A DNA stretch of 64,000 nt from Acidobacteriota bacterium (lineage in GTDB: Bacteria > Acidobacteriota > Polarisedimenticolia > J045), in contig JALOKP010000017.1 in NCBI GenBank assembly GCA_025456425.1, positions 2,128 through 66,127 on the forward strand. The letters are read 5' to 3'. The notes below the pieces were generated by a model. That model did no database searches. It saw nothing but the letters and a program-made list of their open reading frames with translations, and was not told the DNA's origin. Each line of letters starts with the position of its first letter. The first letter of the stretch is position 1. Positions 18,640-26,180 of the stretch are shown here, piece after piece. The position numbers and the translations under genes were made by a program.

Positions 18640-18906
18640 CTACCTGTCGTCTCCGTTCGAGGACCCGCCGCGGGGCGCGTGGCGCCGCAGCCGGGCGGCG
18701 AGGTCGGCGACCGCCGCGGGGTCGGCCGCCGTCGCGCGGAGGTTGTTGTCGGCGACCTCGCGATGCAGTTCCTCGCGGACGACGGGCACGTCGTCCGGGG
18801 CCTCGAGCCCGAGCCGGACCTGCTGCCCGCGGATCTCGACGACCTTGATCCGGATGTCGTTCCCGATCAGGAGCGACTGCCCTATCTTGCGGCTGAGGAC
18901 GAGCAT
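18640..18906 (-). CDS. csrA: Carbon storage regulator CsrA
   Basis: MLVLSRKIGQSLLIG..VRLGLEAP..VREEL, with the C-terminal helical extension seen in FliW-regulated CsrA. Confidence 0.95.
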   Translation of the reverse strand: MLVLSRKIGQSLLIGNDIRIKVVEIRGQQVRLGLEAPDDVPVVREELHREVADNNLRATAADPAAVADLAARLRRHAPRGGSSNGDDR

Positions 18907-19373
18907 GCGGGGGACCTCCCTGTCCCGGAGTGCGCCGCGGCCTGCTCGGGCCGCGCGAACTCGAAGCGGACCGGCCAATCGCCGTCGTCCAGGATCACCT
19001 GCTCCCCGCGCATCGTCTGCGGGTCGATCACCAGCGGGGCGCGGAGGTTCGCGCTGGCCCCCTCAGCTTCGAGCTGGACCACCACGAGGCACAGGCTGCG
19101 GCCCTCGCTCCCCTCCCCCAGGCGGGACCAGACGCCGGACGGGATGGCGGGCGGGTAGCCGGCGAGCAGCAGGGCAGGGTCCGCGACCGGCAGGGCCAGC
19201 TGCGGCTGCTCGACCGAGCGCAGCCAGCGGAGGGGGCGCGTCTCGTCGCGCTCGACCAGCTCCCAGCGGCGCAGGCCGTCGTACCCGGGCAGGCCCCGGT
19301 CGAAGTAGACGACCGTCGGCGCGCTGCGCTGCAGCGCGGACCGGCACTCGCGATCGGCGACGGTGGGGCTCAC
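18882..19373 (-). CDS. fliW: Flagellar assembly factor FliW
   Basis: F..GLPGY, WLRSVE..LALPVADP, ANLRAPLVI and QVIL. Directly upstream of csrA. Confidence 0.9.
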   Translation of the reverse strand: MSPTVADRECRSALQRSAPTVVYFDRGLPGYDGLRRWELVERDETRPLRWLRSVEQPQLALPVADPALLLAGYPPAIPSGVWSRLGEGSEGRSLCLVVVQLEAEGASANLRAPLVIDPQTMRGEQVILDDGDWPVRFEFARPEQAAAHSGTGRSPACSSSAAR

Positions 19374-19723
19374 GGGAACCTCGTTTCGATGCGGGCGGAC
19401 ATCGTGCGCTCCTCGTCGAGCATCGCCTCCGCGATCCGGCGGCCGTTGGGACGGTAGAGCCCGGCGGCGAGCTGCGCGCGCAACCGCGCGACCAGCGCCT
19501 CGCGCCGATCCGGCGTTGCCGCGAGCGCGGCGCGCAGGGCCGCAAACTCGCGGGCCCGGGCGGGGAGGCCGCGGCCGTTCTCCGGAAGCGGGGCCGTGGC
19601 GCCGGCGCCCGGCGTCCCGGGGGACGCGCCGCGCCACGCGACAGAGAGCTCCCGCTCGGCCCGGTCGAGCCGGTCGAACAGCCCGTGCAGGGCCCGGACC
19701 GGGTTGTCGTGCTGGATCCTCAA
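19370..19723 (-). CDS. flgM: Anti-sigma28 factor FlgM
   Basis: C-terminal R..LVARLRAQLAAGLYRPN..RIAEAML. Probable TTG start (MRIQH), with a sigma28 promoter upstream. The start is uncertain. Confidence 0.8.
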   Translation of the reverse strand: MRIQHDNPVRALHGLFDRLDRAERELSVAWRGASPGTPGAGATAPLPENGRGLPARAREFAALRAALAATPDRREALVARLRAQLAAGLYRPNGRRIAEAMLDEERTMSARIETRFP

Positions 19724-19785
19724 GGGGTCCGCCTTCGGGTGCCGCGCCACGGGCCGGGCCCGCGGCATAGGCCACCCCGAGTGGC

Positions 19786-19812
19786 GTATCGGCCGCCATG
19801 GGCGCGGCTTGA
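19786..19812 (-). promoter_or_regulatory. Sigma28 (FliA) promoter for flgM-fliW-csrA-motAB-fliL
   Basis: TCAA-N15-GCCGATAC against the consensus TAAA-N15-GCCGATAA. Confidence 0.8.
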
Positions 19813-19837
19813 GGCCCGGCGGGAGACCACCGCCGCC

Positions 19838-20056
19838 TCAGCCCGCGCGCTGGCGGAACCGCACCAGGCGCCGTCGCAGGGCCGGCTCCGCTGCCAGCCC
19901 CCCGCGACCGGCCCGCGCGGCCGGCCCGCCGAGTCCGTCCCCGGCGGCGGCCCGCGCGCCGCGCGCGCGCTGCCGCGTGCTGCGCTCCAGCGCCAGCAGG
20001 GCGAAAAGCATCGCGAGGTCGAAGGCCAGCTGGACCCACAGCAGCTCGCGCATCAC
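19838..20056 (-). CDS. Small hypothetical membrane protein in the flagellar operon
   Basis: Overlaps the fliN stop by 4 nt. N-terminal hydrophobic helix and basic tail. Confidence 0.5.
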   Translation of the reverse strand: MMRELLWVQLAFDLAMLFALLALERSTRQRARGARAAAGDGLGGPAARAGRGGLAAEPALRRRLVRFRQRAG

Positions 20057-20361
20057 GGCGTCCCCCCGCGGGCCAGCTCGCGCACCCGGAAGGCAAAGCG
20101 CCCGTCGACCACGACGAGATCGCCGATGGCGACCGGCCGGTCCTGGACGAACAGCGTGACGGTGTCGTCGCCGTCGAGGCCGACCGGCACGGCGTCGCCG
20201 GCCCGCAGCCCGAGCACGCGCTCGAGGCTCCAGACCTGGCGGCCCAGCCGCACCTCGAGCGGCAGCTCGATCCGATCGAACGGCGAGCCGTCGGCGCCCG
20301 GCGCCGCGTCGGCCGCCGCCCCGCCCGGGACCTCGACGTCGTGCAGGTCGTGCAGGTTCAC
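20053..20361 (-). CDS. fliN: Flagellar motor switch protein FliN (SpoA domain)
   Basis: IELPLEVRLG, VLGLRAGD and AIGDLVVVDGRFAFRV. Confidence 0.85.
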   Translation of the reverse strand: MNLHDLHDVEVPGGAAADAAPGADGSPFDRIELPLEVRLGRQVWSLERVLGLRAGDAVPVGLDGDDTVTLFVQDRPVAIGDLVVVDGRFAFRVRELARGGTP

Positions 20362-21308
20362 GGTTCCCTCCCCTCCGCGCCGGCCGCGGCCGGCACGAAC
20401 CGGCGGATCTCGAGCACGCGCCGCGTGTCCTGGCGGCGCAGCACCCCTTCCGCGAGCAGCGCCCCGTTGAGGCGCAGCCCGACCCCTTCCGGATCGGGCA
20501 GGTCGAGCTGCAGCACGTGGCCGGGGCGCAACCGCTGCAGGTCGGTGACCCGCAGGCTGGCCCCGGCGAGGACCGGCTCGAACGTCACCGGGGCCCGGCG
20601 CAGCGCGTCGAGCAGTTCCGGCGCGGCGTCGCGCGCCGACGGCCGCGGCGCGTCCGACGCGAGCCGGCCCGCCAGGGGCGGCGCCATCAGCAGGCGGCAG
20701 ACCGCCTCGCCCCCGGGCAGCTCGAGCCGGAACGCCGCCGCGGCGAGCATCCCGCCGCGGCGCACGAGCCGGCCGAAGTCCGGTTCGGGGTCGAGCCCGC
20801 CCGGCTGCAGCGGCGCCAGCGCGGAGCGCTCGCCGAGCGCGCGGGCGAGCCGCTGGAAGGCCTCTTCCAGCAGGCGCGACTCGACCACCGAGAGCGCGCG
20901 CGGCGCGGCCGGCCGCCCCTCGCCCCCCTGCAGCCGATCGACGATCGCCAGCGCCAGCTCGTGCTGGAACGAGATCCCGCCGACCACTTCGCCCGCCTCG
21001 TCGACGAACAGCCCGAGCGGCTCGCCCTGGACCAGCGTCGCCAGGACCGTTCCCGCCGGCTGCTGGATCAGCCCGGTGAACTCCGCGCGGAGGGGCGCGC
21101 TCGCGGCGAGGATCGTCGTGAACGCGCTGGCGACCTCGCCGGCCAGCCTCTCGCAGGCGGCGTGGACGAGCGAGAGCCGCTCCCCGGCCAGCAGCAGCGG
21201 CGCCCTCAGGTCGTACGGGACCGCGTCGGAACCGGCCGGGCCGGCCTCTTCGGCCCCGAAGGATCGAAGCAGGGAGTCGACCTCGGCCTGGGACAGCAGG
21301 CGGCTCAT
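20358..21308 (-). CDS. fliM: Flagellar motor switch protein FliM
   Basis: N-terminal CheY-binding motif LLSQAEVDSLL, PYDL, IVDRLQGG, LSVVE, and a C-terminal SpoA domain. Confidence 0.88.
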   Translation of the reverse strand: MSRLLSQAEVDSLLRSFGAEEAGPAGSDAVPYDLRAPLLLAGERLSLVHAACERLAGEVASAFTTILAASAPLRAEFTGLIQQPAGTVLATLVQGEPLGLFVDEAGEVVGGISFQHELALAIVDRLQGGEGRPAAPRALSVVESRLLEEAFQRLARALGERSALAPLQPGGLDPEPDFGRLVRRGGMLAAAAFRLELPGGEAVCRLLMAPPLAGRLASDAPRPSARDAAPELLDALRRAPVTFEPVLAGASLRVTDLQRLRPGHVLQLDLPDPEGVGLRLNGALLAEGVLRRQDTRRVLEIRRFVPAAAGAEGREP

Positions 21309-22087
21309 CGCAGCGCCTCCTCCAGGGGGACCGTGAGCCGCTCGCCGACGCGCGCGCGCAGCCGGCTGATGGCGCGGGTGTGGATCTGGCAGACCCGCGA
21401 CTCGGTGACGTCGAGCACGGCGCCGATCTCCTTCAGCGTCAGGCCCCGCTCGTAGTAGAGCGACAGGACCATCCGCTCCCGCTCGGGCAGGTGGTCGATC
21501 TCCTGGGCCAGGACCTCGCGCCGCTCCTTCTCCTGGATCGCGAACAGCGGGCTGGCGCCGGGATCGGCCGGGTCGTTCCCCTCGTCCTCGCCGGCCGGCA
21601 TGTGGCCGAGCCGGACGCCTCGCGCCTGCTGGTAGAGCGCGTGCAGCTCGTCGACCGAGAGCCCCAGCTCGGACGCGATCTCCTCGTCCTCGGCGGGGCG
21701 CCGCGTGCGGTGCTCGACCGCGACGATCGCGGTCTCGAGCCGGCGCGCGGCGCGGCGCAGCGAACGGGGGGCCCAGTCGCGGCAGCGCACGCCGTCGAGG
21801 ATCGCGCCGCGGATCCGCGCCTCGGCGTAGGTCTTGAACTGCACGCCGTGCGACGGGTCGAAGCGGTCGATCGCCTCCATCAGCCCCAGGATCCCGTCTC
21901 CGACCAGGTCGTCGAAGTCGACCGGGCCGGCCAGCCGCGAGCCGATCCGGTGGGCGAGGTACTTCACCAGCCCGGTGTGCCCGACGAGCAGGCGCTCGCG
22001 GGCGGCAGAACCGGGAACCCGGGCCGCGGCCGCCCATTCGACCGTCGGGTCGACGAGCGGGGCGTCGGTGTGCGAGGCGCCGCGCAT
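21305..22087 (-). CDS. fliA: RNA polymerase sigma28 FliA/WhiG
   Basis: GILGLMEAIDRFDP, FKTYAEARIRGAILD, DWAPRS and LTLKEIGAVLDVTESRVCQIH. The ATG is coupled to the flhG stop; 22126 is an alternative start. Confidence 0.94.
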   Translation of the reverse strand: MRGASHTDAPLVDPTVEWAAAARVPGSAARERLLVGHTGLVKYLAHRIGSRLAGPVDFDDLVGDGILGLMEAIDRFDPSHGVQFKTYAEARIRGAILDGVRCRDWAPRSLRRAARRLETAIVAVEHRTRRPAEDEEIASELGLSVDELHALYQQARGVRLGHMPAGEDEGNDPADPGASPLFAIQEKERREVLAQEIDHLPERERMVLSLYYERGLTLKEIGAVLDVTESRVCQIHTRAISRLRARVGERLTVPLEEALR

Positions 22088-22935
22088 CAGTGCTGGAGTC
22101 CCGGGTGCGTTGCGTTCCCGTCCCATCGTGGCGACGCTCCGGAGAGGCTGCGCGCGCGGGCGCGCGCGACGACCTTGGCGGCCAACCGCTCGAGCGAGCG
22201 ACTGGCGGGGGCGAGGGGCTGTTCGATCACGAGCGCGGCCTGGCGGCGCGCGGCGTCGGCGACCGCAGGGTCCTTGAGGACGAAGCCGTCGAAGTCGATC
22301 CCGCGGCCCAGGAACTGGCTGGCCGCGGCGACCAGGCGCCGGTGGACGCGGCGGGCCTCGTCCTCGTCGTCGGCGCCGTTGACGACGAGGCCGATCTCCT
22401 GGCCCGGATCGCGCCGCAGCGCGACCTTCAGCGCGGCGTAGGCGTCGACCAGCGCGGCCGGCTCGGGCCAGGTCACGAGCAGCGTGCGGTCCGCCAGCAT
22501 CAGCATCCGGGAGACCTGGTCGCCGATCCCGGCCGCGGTGTCGATCAGCAGCACGTCGCAGCACTCGCCGACCGCGCGCAGCCCCTCGACGAAGTGCAGC
22601 ATCTCCTCGGGCGGCAGGCTGGCCAGCTCGGGGATCCCGGAGCCGGCGGGGATCAGGCGGATCCCGCCGGGCCCCTCGATCGCCAGCTCGGTCAGCGGGA
22701 CGCGCTCGCGGAAGAAGTGCTCGATCGTGCGGGGCGGAGCGAGACCGAGCAGCACGTCGGCGTTGGCCAGCGAGAGGTCGGCGTCGAGCAGCGTCGTCGC
22801 CAGGCCGTTCCGGGCCAGCGCGATCGCCAGGTTGACCGCGACGAAGGTCTTGCCGACACCCCCCTTGCCGGAGGTGACGGCCAGCACCAGCGCGCGGCGC
22901 GCGCGGCGCGGCGGGGGGGCGGCGCGGTCGCTCAT
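22087..22935 (-). CDS. flhG: MinD-like ATPase FlhG/FleN
   Basis: TSGKGGVGKT, DADLSLAN, IDTAAGI and PEPAALVDAYAALK. Located between flhF and fliA. Confidence 0.92.
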   Translation of the reverse strand: MSDRAAPPPRRARRALVLAVTSGKGGVGKTFVAVNLAIALARNGLATTLLDADLSLANADVLLGLAPPRTIEHFFRERVPLTELAIEGPGGIRLIPAGSGIPELASLPPEEMLHFVEGLRAVGECCDVLLIDTAAGIGDQVSRMLMLADRTLLVTWPEPAALVDAYAALKVALRRDPGQEIGLVVNGADDEDEARRVHRRLVAAASQFLGRGIDFDGFVLKDPAVADAARRQAALVIEQPLAPASRSLERLAAKVVARARARSLSGASPRWDGNATHPGLQH

Positions 22936-23945
22936 CGCCCGGTCCCCGCGCCGCGCCAGGGGGCGGCCGGCTCGCCCGGCAGCGGCACGGCCCACGCCGC
23001 GAGGCGGCGCGGATCCGCGATCTCGAGGTCGTCCGGGACGTCGGGGCCGGTCCCGAGGTGGCGCAGCGGCAGTCCGGCCCGCGCCAGCGCGGTCACCAGG
23101 CCGCCCGGCCGCACGGCCTCGTCGATCCGCGTCGCGCCCAGCGCACCGGGGCGCAGCGGGGCGAAGCGTTTGACGCTCTCGGTCAGCGAGTCGGCGTCGC
23201 GGTCGGCCGCCAGCAGCAGCTCGATCTCCTCGCGCCGCACGCCCGCCAGCAGACCGGCGAGCCCCTCCATCGCGGCCCGGTCGCCGCGCGGGATCCCCGG
23301 CGTGTCGAGCATCAGGAGCGCGCCGCGGCCGGCGCGCTCGCGCGCCCGCTCCAGGTCGCGCCGCTCGCGGACCGCGACGAAGGGCGCGCCGAGGATCCGT
23401 GCGAACGCCTCCATCTGCTCCGCGCCGCCGAGACGCCGGCCGTCGGCCGAGGCCAGGACCACGGGGTGCTCGCCGCGGCAGATCTCGCGCGCGGCGAGCT
23501 TGGCCAGCGTCGTCGTCTTGCCCACGCCGGGGGGGCCGACCAGCGCCAGCACCGCGGGGGCGGGGGCGGGACCGGCCGGCAGCCAGAGCGCGACCAGCCC
23601 GCGCGCGTACGAGAGCGCGGCGATCCGGTCTTCGAGCTGCTCCGCGTCGAGGTTGTGCCGGGCGGCGGCCGCGATCCGGGCAGCGAACGGGAGCGAGAAC
23701 CCCCACGCGACGAGGTCGTCGCGCAGCCGCTCGGCGGCGGCGGGGGGCGCGCCCAGTTCCGCCGCCAGGACCGGTGCCGCGGGCGCCGCGGCGCCCCACG
23801 TCCCCGGCCGTTCCGCGGCCGCGACGACCTCGACGCCGCCGGCGCCGCGGCGCGTCTCGAGCACCGCGGCCCCGGGGCCGAACTGCTCGCGCACCTGCGC
23901 CAGCGCCTCGGCCGCCGTCTTCCCGAAGAAGGTCCGCAGGATCAT
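22932..23945 (-). CDS. flhF: SRP-family GTPase FlhF
   Basis: N-terminal EALAQVREQFGPGA.VL, GPPGVGKTTTLAKLAA, DTPG, TRIDE and GTGPDVPDDL. Confidence 0.9.
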   Translation of the reverse strand: MILRTFFGKTAAEALAQVREQFGPGAAVLETRRGAGGVEVVAAAERPGTWGAAAPAAPVLAAELGAPPAAAERLRDDLVAWGFSLPFAARIAAAARHNLDAEQLEDRIAALSYARGLVALWLPAGPAPAPAVLALVGPPGVGKTTTLAKLAAREICRGEHPVVLASADGRRLGGAEQMEAFARILGAPFVAVRERRDLERARERAGRGALLMLDTPGIPRGDRAAMEGLAGLLAGVRREEIELLLAADRDADSLTESVKRFAPLRPGALGATRIDEAVRPGGLVTALARAGLPLRHLGTGPDVPDDLEIADPRRLAAWAVPLPGEPAAPWRGAGTGR

Positions 23946-23969
23946 CTCAGCTCACCGCTTCCGGCGCGC

Positions 23970-24257
23970 TCAGCCACGGTCCTGTCCCAACCGCGTCAGG
24001 CGCAACGCGAGCTGCCCCCGGACCTCGACGACCTCCCCGGCCCCGATCACCGCTCCGTCGGCGAGCAGCCGGCAGGGCTCGCCGACCGGCGTCGTCAGCG
24101 GCACCAGCTGGCCGGGCGCCAGCTCGCGCAGCGCGGCGAGGCGCGCGCGCCCGGTGGCGATCCGCGCCGAGAGCGCGATCGGCAGCGCGGCAAGCTCGGG
24201 GCGCAGCAGCCCCGCGTCCGGCGTCCCTCCCGAGCGTCCGTCCCTCGTCCCGGCCAT
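23970..24257 (-). CDS. Second FliN/SpoA-domain protein
   Basis: LAPGQLVPL..GEPCRL and IGAGEVVEVRGQLALRLTRL. Confidence 0.8.
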   Translation of the reverse strand: MAGTRDGRSGGTPDAGLLRPELAALPIALSARIATGRARLAALRELAPGQLVPLTTPVGEPCRLLADGAVIGAGEVVEVRGQLALRLTRLGQDRG

Positions 24258-24329
24258 CGCCGCGCTCCCGGGGCGGTCCCGTCGCCGTCGCGGCGGCGGA
24301 CCGCACCCCTTCCGTGCGAGAGCCTTTTC

Positions 24330-24345
24330 AGCAAGCCGTGTGCCG
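24330..24345 (-). promoter_or_regulatory. Sigma54 (-24/-12) promoter heading the flagellar operon
   Basis: CGGCACACGGCTTGCT has GG-N10-GC and closely matches TGGCAC-N5-TTGC. Confidence 0.8.
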
Positions 24346-24571
24346 CGCGGGGGATGCCGCTATCCGCTTGATCGAGCGCCAGTTGGTGCGGTTGTCCGGA
24401 GATCGGACCCGGGTTTCGCGGCGGGGTGCCGGCAGCCGGCCGTCGGATGCTTGACGGCACGCCGCAGGCGCGGCGCCGCCCGCCGGCTCAAGCGGCGCCG
24501 CGTCCGTCCGAAACGGTCCTCCGAGGAGGGACTCGCCGGCGCGGCGCCGGGGAGCCTCGCGGAGCGAGCGC

Positions 24572-25660
24572 GTGGACCGGACCCCGCCCAGCGTTCTCGC
24601 GCGCATGCTGCGCGGCCACGCCGGCGCGCTCGCGGGTCAGATGCGGGAATCGCTCGAAGCGCTGGTCGGCCGCTCGGTCCAGCTGGAGCGCCTGCAGGCC
24701 GATCACCCCGAGCTACCGCGGCTCTTCGGCCAGCGCGAGCTGTTCCTGTTCCCGTTCGCCGACGGGGACGGCCGCGCGCTGCCGACATTCCTGGCACTCG
24801 ACCGGCCCGCGGCGGTGGCGACGGGCGCGGCTTTCGGGCTGATGAACACCGGCGGGGTCCGCGAGGCGGCCGACCCCGGCGAGCTGCCGGAGCCGCTGCT
24901 CGGCGCGATCCGCGAGGTCGCCGGGATCCTCGGCGGCGCCGCCCGCCGGATGGTCCGCGCGCGGGGCACGGACAGGACGTGCGGCTTCGGTTGCGGGCAC
25001 GAGCTGCGCCGGGTCACGGCGGGCGCCTGGCCGGCGATCGTCGGGGAGATCGACCACGGCGTGCGGTGGGACCTGCTCGGCTTCCGGCTGCGGATCGACG
25101 GGGAGCCGGCGGGCGCGATCCTGCTGGGCTCGAGCGAGCGCTGGGAAGGCCCGCTCGAGACCGATCTCGACGAGGACGCCGACACGGCCGAGGTCTTCGT
25201 CGAGGAGCCGACGCCCGGCAGCGACGAGTACGCCGGAACGGCCGCCGCGCCCGCGCCGTTTCCCGCGAACGCCGAGGCGGCCGGCCCGCCGCCGCCGATC
25301 CCGCAGGGGATTCGGGTGCAGGTCGCTGGGGATCCCAAGGACCGCGCAACGGCCGCGCTGCGAACGGCGCTCGCCGAGGCCGGCTGCCACGTCCTGCCGG
25401 CCTACTCCGCGGGTGGCGCCGGGCCGCAGCCGAGCGTGCTGTTCGTCTTCAGCCGCTCCCCGATCGACCTGAGGATGCGGCTGGCCGCGTCGCTCGCGAA
25501 GCGCCGGGCGGGGCTGATCGTCGCCTGCTCGGACCGCCCCACGGCCGACCTGGTCCGGGCCGCGCACGCCGGCACGGCAGACTCGTTCCTCGTCCTGCCC
25601 GCGGACAGGCTGCGGCTGCAACGCCTTTTCCAGCGCTTTGCAGAGCTAGCGCCAGCCTGA
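24572..25660 (+). CDS. Hypothetical protein: CheC/FliY-like N-terminal domain, acidic linker, degenerate receiver-like C-terminal domain
   Basis: ESLEALVGRSV, A.FGLM and AIREVAGILGG resemble the CheC fold. VRAAHAGTADSFLVLP resembles the end of a receiver domain. Confidence 0.55.
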   Translation: MDRTPPSVLARMLRGHAGALAGQMRESLEALVGRSVQLERLQADHPELPRLFGQRELFLFPFADGDGRALPTFLALDRPAAVATGAAFGLMNTGGVREAADPGELPEPLLGAIREVAGILGGAARRMVRARGTDRTCGFGCGHELRRVTAGAWPAIVGEIDHGVRWDLLGFRLRIDGEPAGAILLGSSERWEGPLETDLDEDADTAEVFVEEPTPGSDEYAGTAAAPAPFPANAEAAGPPPPIPQGIRVQVAGDPKDRATAALRTALAEAGCHVLPAYSAGGAGPQPSVLFVFSRSPIDLRMRLAASLAKRRAGLIVACSDRPTADLVRAAHAGTADSFLVLPADRLRLQRLFQRFAELAPA

Positions 25661-25691
25661 CGGACGCCCGGAAACGGGCGCCAGGGCCGGG

Positions 25692-25727
25692 AAAACGCGG
25701 GGGGGCGGCCGATCAGCCGCCCCCTCG
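25692..25727 (-). terminator. Intrinsic terminator downstream of the histone gene
   Basis: Perfect 9-bp stem GGGGGCGGC/GCCGCCCCC with a 6-nt loop, followed by ...GCGTTTT on the minus strand. Confidence 0.65.
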
Positions 25728-25737
25728 GGACTCCACC

Positions 25738-25974
25738 TCAGACGTAGAAGTCGTAGGGGCGGATCGTCTTGCGGCCGTTGGCCTGGGCGAGCTTCGCAGC
25801 CCGCACACAGAGGTCGTACAGCACCTTGTTCAGCGCCTCGGGGGCGTCGGACGCCACGTTCATCCCGTGGTCGCGGAGGGCGCCCTTGACCTTGCTCATG
25901 ACGAGCAGCATCTCGACGGCCTTCGCCTTGCCGGCCTTCGGCGCGGCGGTCTTCTTGGCAGCCTTCTTTGCCAT
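25738..25974 (-). CDS. Bacterial histone-fold protein with a Lys/Ala-rich N-terminal tail (78 aa)
   Basis: LLVMSKVK...MNVASDAPEALNKVLYDLCVRAAKLAQANGRKTIRPYDF matches the Bd0055/HMf-like histone-fold pattern with the RKT-x4-D signature. Strong AGAGGAG RBS. Confidence 0.88.
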   Translation of the reverse strand: MAKKAAKKTAAPKAGKAKAVEMLLVMSKVKGALRDHGMNVASDAPEALNKVLYDLCVRAAKLAQANGRKTIRPYDFYV

Positions 25975-26180
25975 GTTCTCTGGCTCCTCTCTTTCGTCGA
26001 TCCGGCGGCACGTCGCGCGCCGCACGCGCGAAAGGACGGGCTATAGGTAGCATTACCGGTGCGGGAGATTCAAGCGGGAAACGCGTTTTTTTTGGGTCTG
26101 GCGGCGGTTTTCTGCCCTTCGGCGCCGGGCCCCCGCGGCGCGCACCGCGGTTTCGGGCTAGCATTCCGGCGCCTGCCACC

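Noticed and set aside
25918-25974. Histone H1-like or HU-tail protein as the explanation for the Lys-rich ORF
   Set aside because: The AKK-rich part is only 19 aa. The remainder fits a core histone fold with RKT-x4-D, not HU/IHF or an H1-like repeat protein.
22090-26046. 1318-aa plus-strand ORF
   Set aside because: It is an antisense/off-frame shadow of flhG, flhF and neighbouring genes. It is Arg/Ala/Pro-rich with no motifs, as expected at this GC content.
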